Of a stretch of 64,000 nucleotides of DNA, positions 61,522-64,000 are shown piece after piece (the first letter of the stretch is position 1; the number at the start of each line of letters is the position of its first letter). Source of the stretch: a virus; IMG/VR virus record IMGVR_UViG_3300035204_001874, positions 66,120-130,119 of that record. The stretch is one strand, 5' to 3'. Both the position numbers and the translations under genes were made by a program. The notes under the pieces are model-generated. The model was not told the DNA's origin and did not search any database. It worked only from the letters and a program-made list of their open reading frames with translations.

Positions 61522-62010
61522 AATATAAATCTTATCAACAGAAGTATTTAGACGAGAACCAAAGTAATCGGAAGGTGAATCAGACTGAGTTGGATAAAAA
61601 AACCAATGATAGTTAATCTTGCCCTTTGTGTGCACTAAAATTATAGCTGTTGTATTTTCGTCTTTTTTTAGCTCCATAAATTCTCCCAAAAGAACAGGGC
61701 GGACATTAATACCGTGCTTATTGAGTTCGCTTTTTATCTCTTTTGGGAAAGTGATTTCTTTAAGGTCAGCGTGAAAAATAGATAAAGCATCCCTAAGGAG
61801 GCTGTAAGCCTTGTGATCTTCTAAGATTTCCCTGCTAATTTTGTACCTTGAAGATTCTATACTGTGCCAACGAAAAGCGTAAAAAATAGCATTTGGACCG
61901 CAACTAGTATAGTGAGGTTTGGAATTCTGAAAAACGCCGCAGCCCGCAGTTAACAAAAAAGTCAACATCATTACCATAAGTAACTTCGAGCTCGTTGTGC
62001 GTATCATCAA
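61504..62010 (-). CDS. Putative lipoprotein with C39-like cysteine peptidase motif
   Basis: Lipobox-like LTAGC, SCGPNAI (candidate catalytic Cys) and YHW (candidate His). Confidence 0.6.
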   Translation of the reverse strand: MMIRTTSSKLLMVMMLTFLLTAGCGVFQNSKPHYTSCGPNAIFYAFRWHSIESSRYKISREILEDHKAYSLLRDALSIFHADLKEITFPKEIKSELNKHGINVRPVLLGEFMELKKDENTTAIILVHTKGKINYHWFFYPTQSDSPSDYFGSRLNTSVDKIYILTRTN

Positions 62011-62022
62011 TCTTCATTACAC

Positions 62023-62913
62023 TTATTTTCCTGCACTAATTAATTCTTGCGGGTTTTTCATTAGTAATTGATCTTCTCGGCGTTGCTGTTTAGTTTCTTC
62101 GAGCAATTCATTTAACTGTTTTTCAGTTAGCCATTCAGAGAAATGTTCATAAATTGGCTCTAAGTCTAAGTTTAATTCTGTGTGGCCTATGAAATAGTTT
62201 TTAATTTTATTAAATAAAGTCAACGGATAGCTAACTCCACTTGGCCTCCCAAATCTGTGAACCCACCTTAGGAAAGGTAGACATAAAGTAACGTGTCCTG
62301 CTTGTCTAAATTTTTCTTGTATGTATCCTTCTTCTCCGCCAAAGCCATAGAACTCTTCGTTGAATCCAACCCACGCATTTTTTCTACACGAGAGAACGCC
62401 GCATCCTGTCATTTCTATTTCGAAAGGCTCCGCGTTTTTGTCTAACCCTTTTTTGTCGGTGGCCCATGTTCCGTACATCTGGCCTCTCCACACGGGGTCA
62501 AAATGAGTAGAAATAGTCTTCATATCATCATAAAGAAGTGGCCCTTGAAGTAGATTTTTCGTATCGGGATTTATTTCATAATAATCTATTAACTTTTTAA
62601 TAGCTCCCGCCTCAAAAAAAACGTGACTGTCCATGCAAAGTACATAAGGAGTCTTCGCCTCTCTAAACACTCGATTCTTGGAGTTCGCTGGTCCAGTCTG
62701 TTTTGAAAAAGGAATATATTTTATAGCGGGGCTTGCGTTTGAAAAATGCTTAAGAGCATCTCCATGTTTTGATTCTGGGTTGTTATCAATAATTAAAAAT
62801 TCAATATGATCTACAACCTCTGGATGATACATCCTTATAGCTTGAATCGAAAAGTATACGCCATCGTAATCGTCATAGGTTGGCATTCCTATTGTTAGTT
62901 TTTTGTCGGACAT
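62023..62913 (-). CDS. Glycosyltransferase family 2
   Basis: LTIGMPTY, EFLIIDN, SKN, VLCMDSH and FYGFGGEE are GT-A fold motifs. Confidence 0.85.
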   Translation of the reverse strand: MSDKKLTIGMPTYDDYDGVYFSIQAIRMYHPEVVDHIEFLIIDNNPESKHGDALKHFSNASPAIKYIPFSKQTGPANSKNRVFREAKTPYVLCMDSHVFFEAGAIKKLIDYYEINPDTKNLLQGPLLYDDMKTISTHFDPVWRGQMYGTWATDKKGLDKNAEPFEIEMTGCGVLSCRKNAWVGFNEEFYGFGGEEGYIQEKFRQAGHVTLCLPFLRWVHRFGRPSGVSYPLTLFNKIKNYFIGHTELNLDLEPIYEHFSEWLTEKQLNELLEETKQQRREDQLLMKNPQELISAGK

Positions 62914-62919
62914 TTCAGT

Positions 62920-63591
<672 letters not shown>

Positions 63592-63602
63592 TTTAAATTA
63601 CC

Positions 63603-64000
63603 CTACGTCTTGAAGTGAACATCTCCATTATTTCCACCGCTAGGAGGACCACCTGATACTGTTACGGTAATGCTTGTCCCGTCTGAGCCATCATTACCCG
63701 CCGCTCCTTGCGCTCCTTGCGCTCCTTGCGCTCCTTGCGCTCCTTGCGCTCCCTGCACTCCTTGCGCTCCCGTTAAACCCGTAGCTCCCGTTTGTCCTGC
63801 CGCACCTGCCGCACCCGCTGCTCCATCTTGACCATCTTGACCATCTTGACCATCTGAGCCATCATTACCCGCTGCTCCTTGCGCTCCTTGCGCTCCTTGC
63901 GCTCCTTGCGCTCCCTGCACTCCTTGCGCTCCCGTTAAACCCGTAGCTCCCGTTTGTCCTGCCGCACCTGCCGCACCCGCTGCTCCATCTTGACCATCTT
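63603..64000 (-). CDS. Collagen-like (Gly-X-Y) fibre protein, 5' part outside the window
   Basis: GAQ/GQD/GAA triplets with 9-bp repeats and a 162-171-bp higher-order repeat. The C-terminus is PPSGGNNGDVHFKT. Confidence 0.88.
   Translation of the reverse strand, partial: DGQDGAAGAAGAAGQTGATGLTGAQGVQGAQGAQGAQGAQGAAGNDGSDGQDGQDGQDGAAGAAGAAGQTGATGLTGAQGVQGAQGAQGAQGAQGAQGAAGNDGSDGTSITVTVSGGPPSGGNNGDVHFKT

Overview
This window is a 64-kb segment of a large tailed-phage (Caudoviricetes) genome, almost entirely a minus-strand virion morphogenesis cluster. In transcription order (right to left) it encodes a collagen-like fibre, a Calx-beta/poly-Thr protein, a GT2 glycosyltransferase, a C39-like lipoprotein, a prohead protease-scaffold, a decoration protein, the major capsid protein, head-tail joining proteins, a tail tube (no sheath seen), probable tail chaperones, an 11,086-aa tape measure protein (TMP) and six tail-tip genes. 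Two plus-strand genes lie at the left end. The standout is the TMP. Between its N-terminal tape-measure domain and a helical, Gly-zipper-containing C-terminal part are about 7,400 aa split by roughly 45 copies (hand count) of a G[FHYL][IV]P[NS]F motif into mostly unrelated cassettes. These include a GHKL ATPase+HExxH module and a GNAT-like module, and recent tandem duplications begin and end at the motif. This suggests an expandable, possibly processed cargo polyprotein built into the tail ruler. A second system is a nested Cys-pair/Trp module found in all six tail-tip proteins. A GTGTAA(T) motif precedes many structural genes. All product calls come from reading motifs and gene order by eye; no database search was run.
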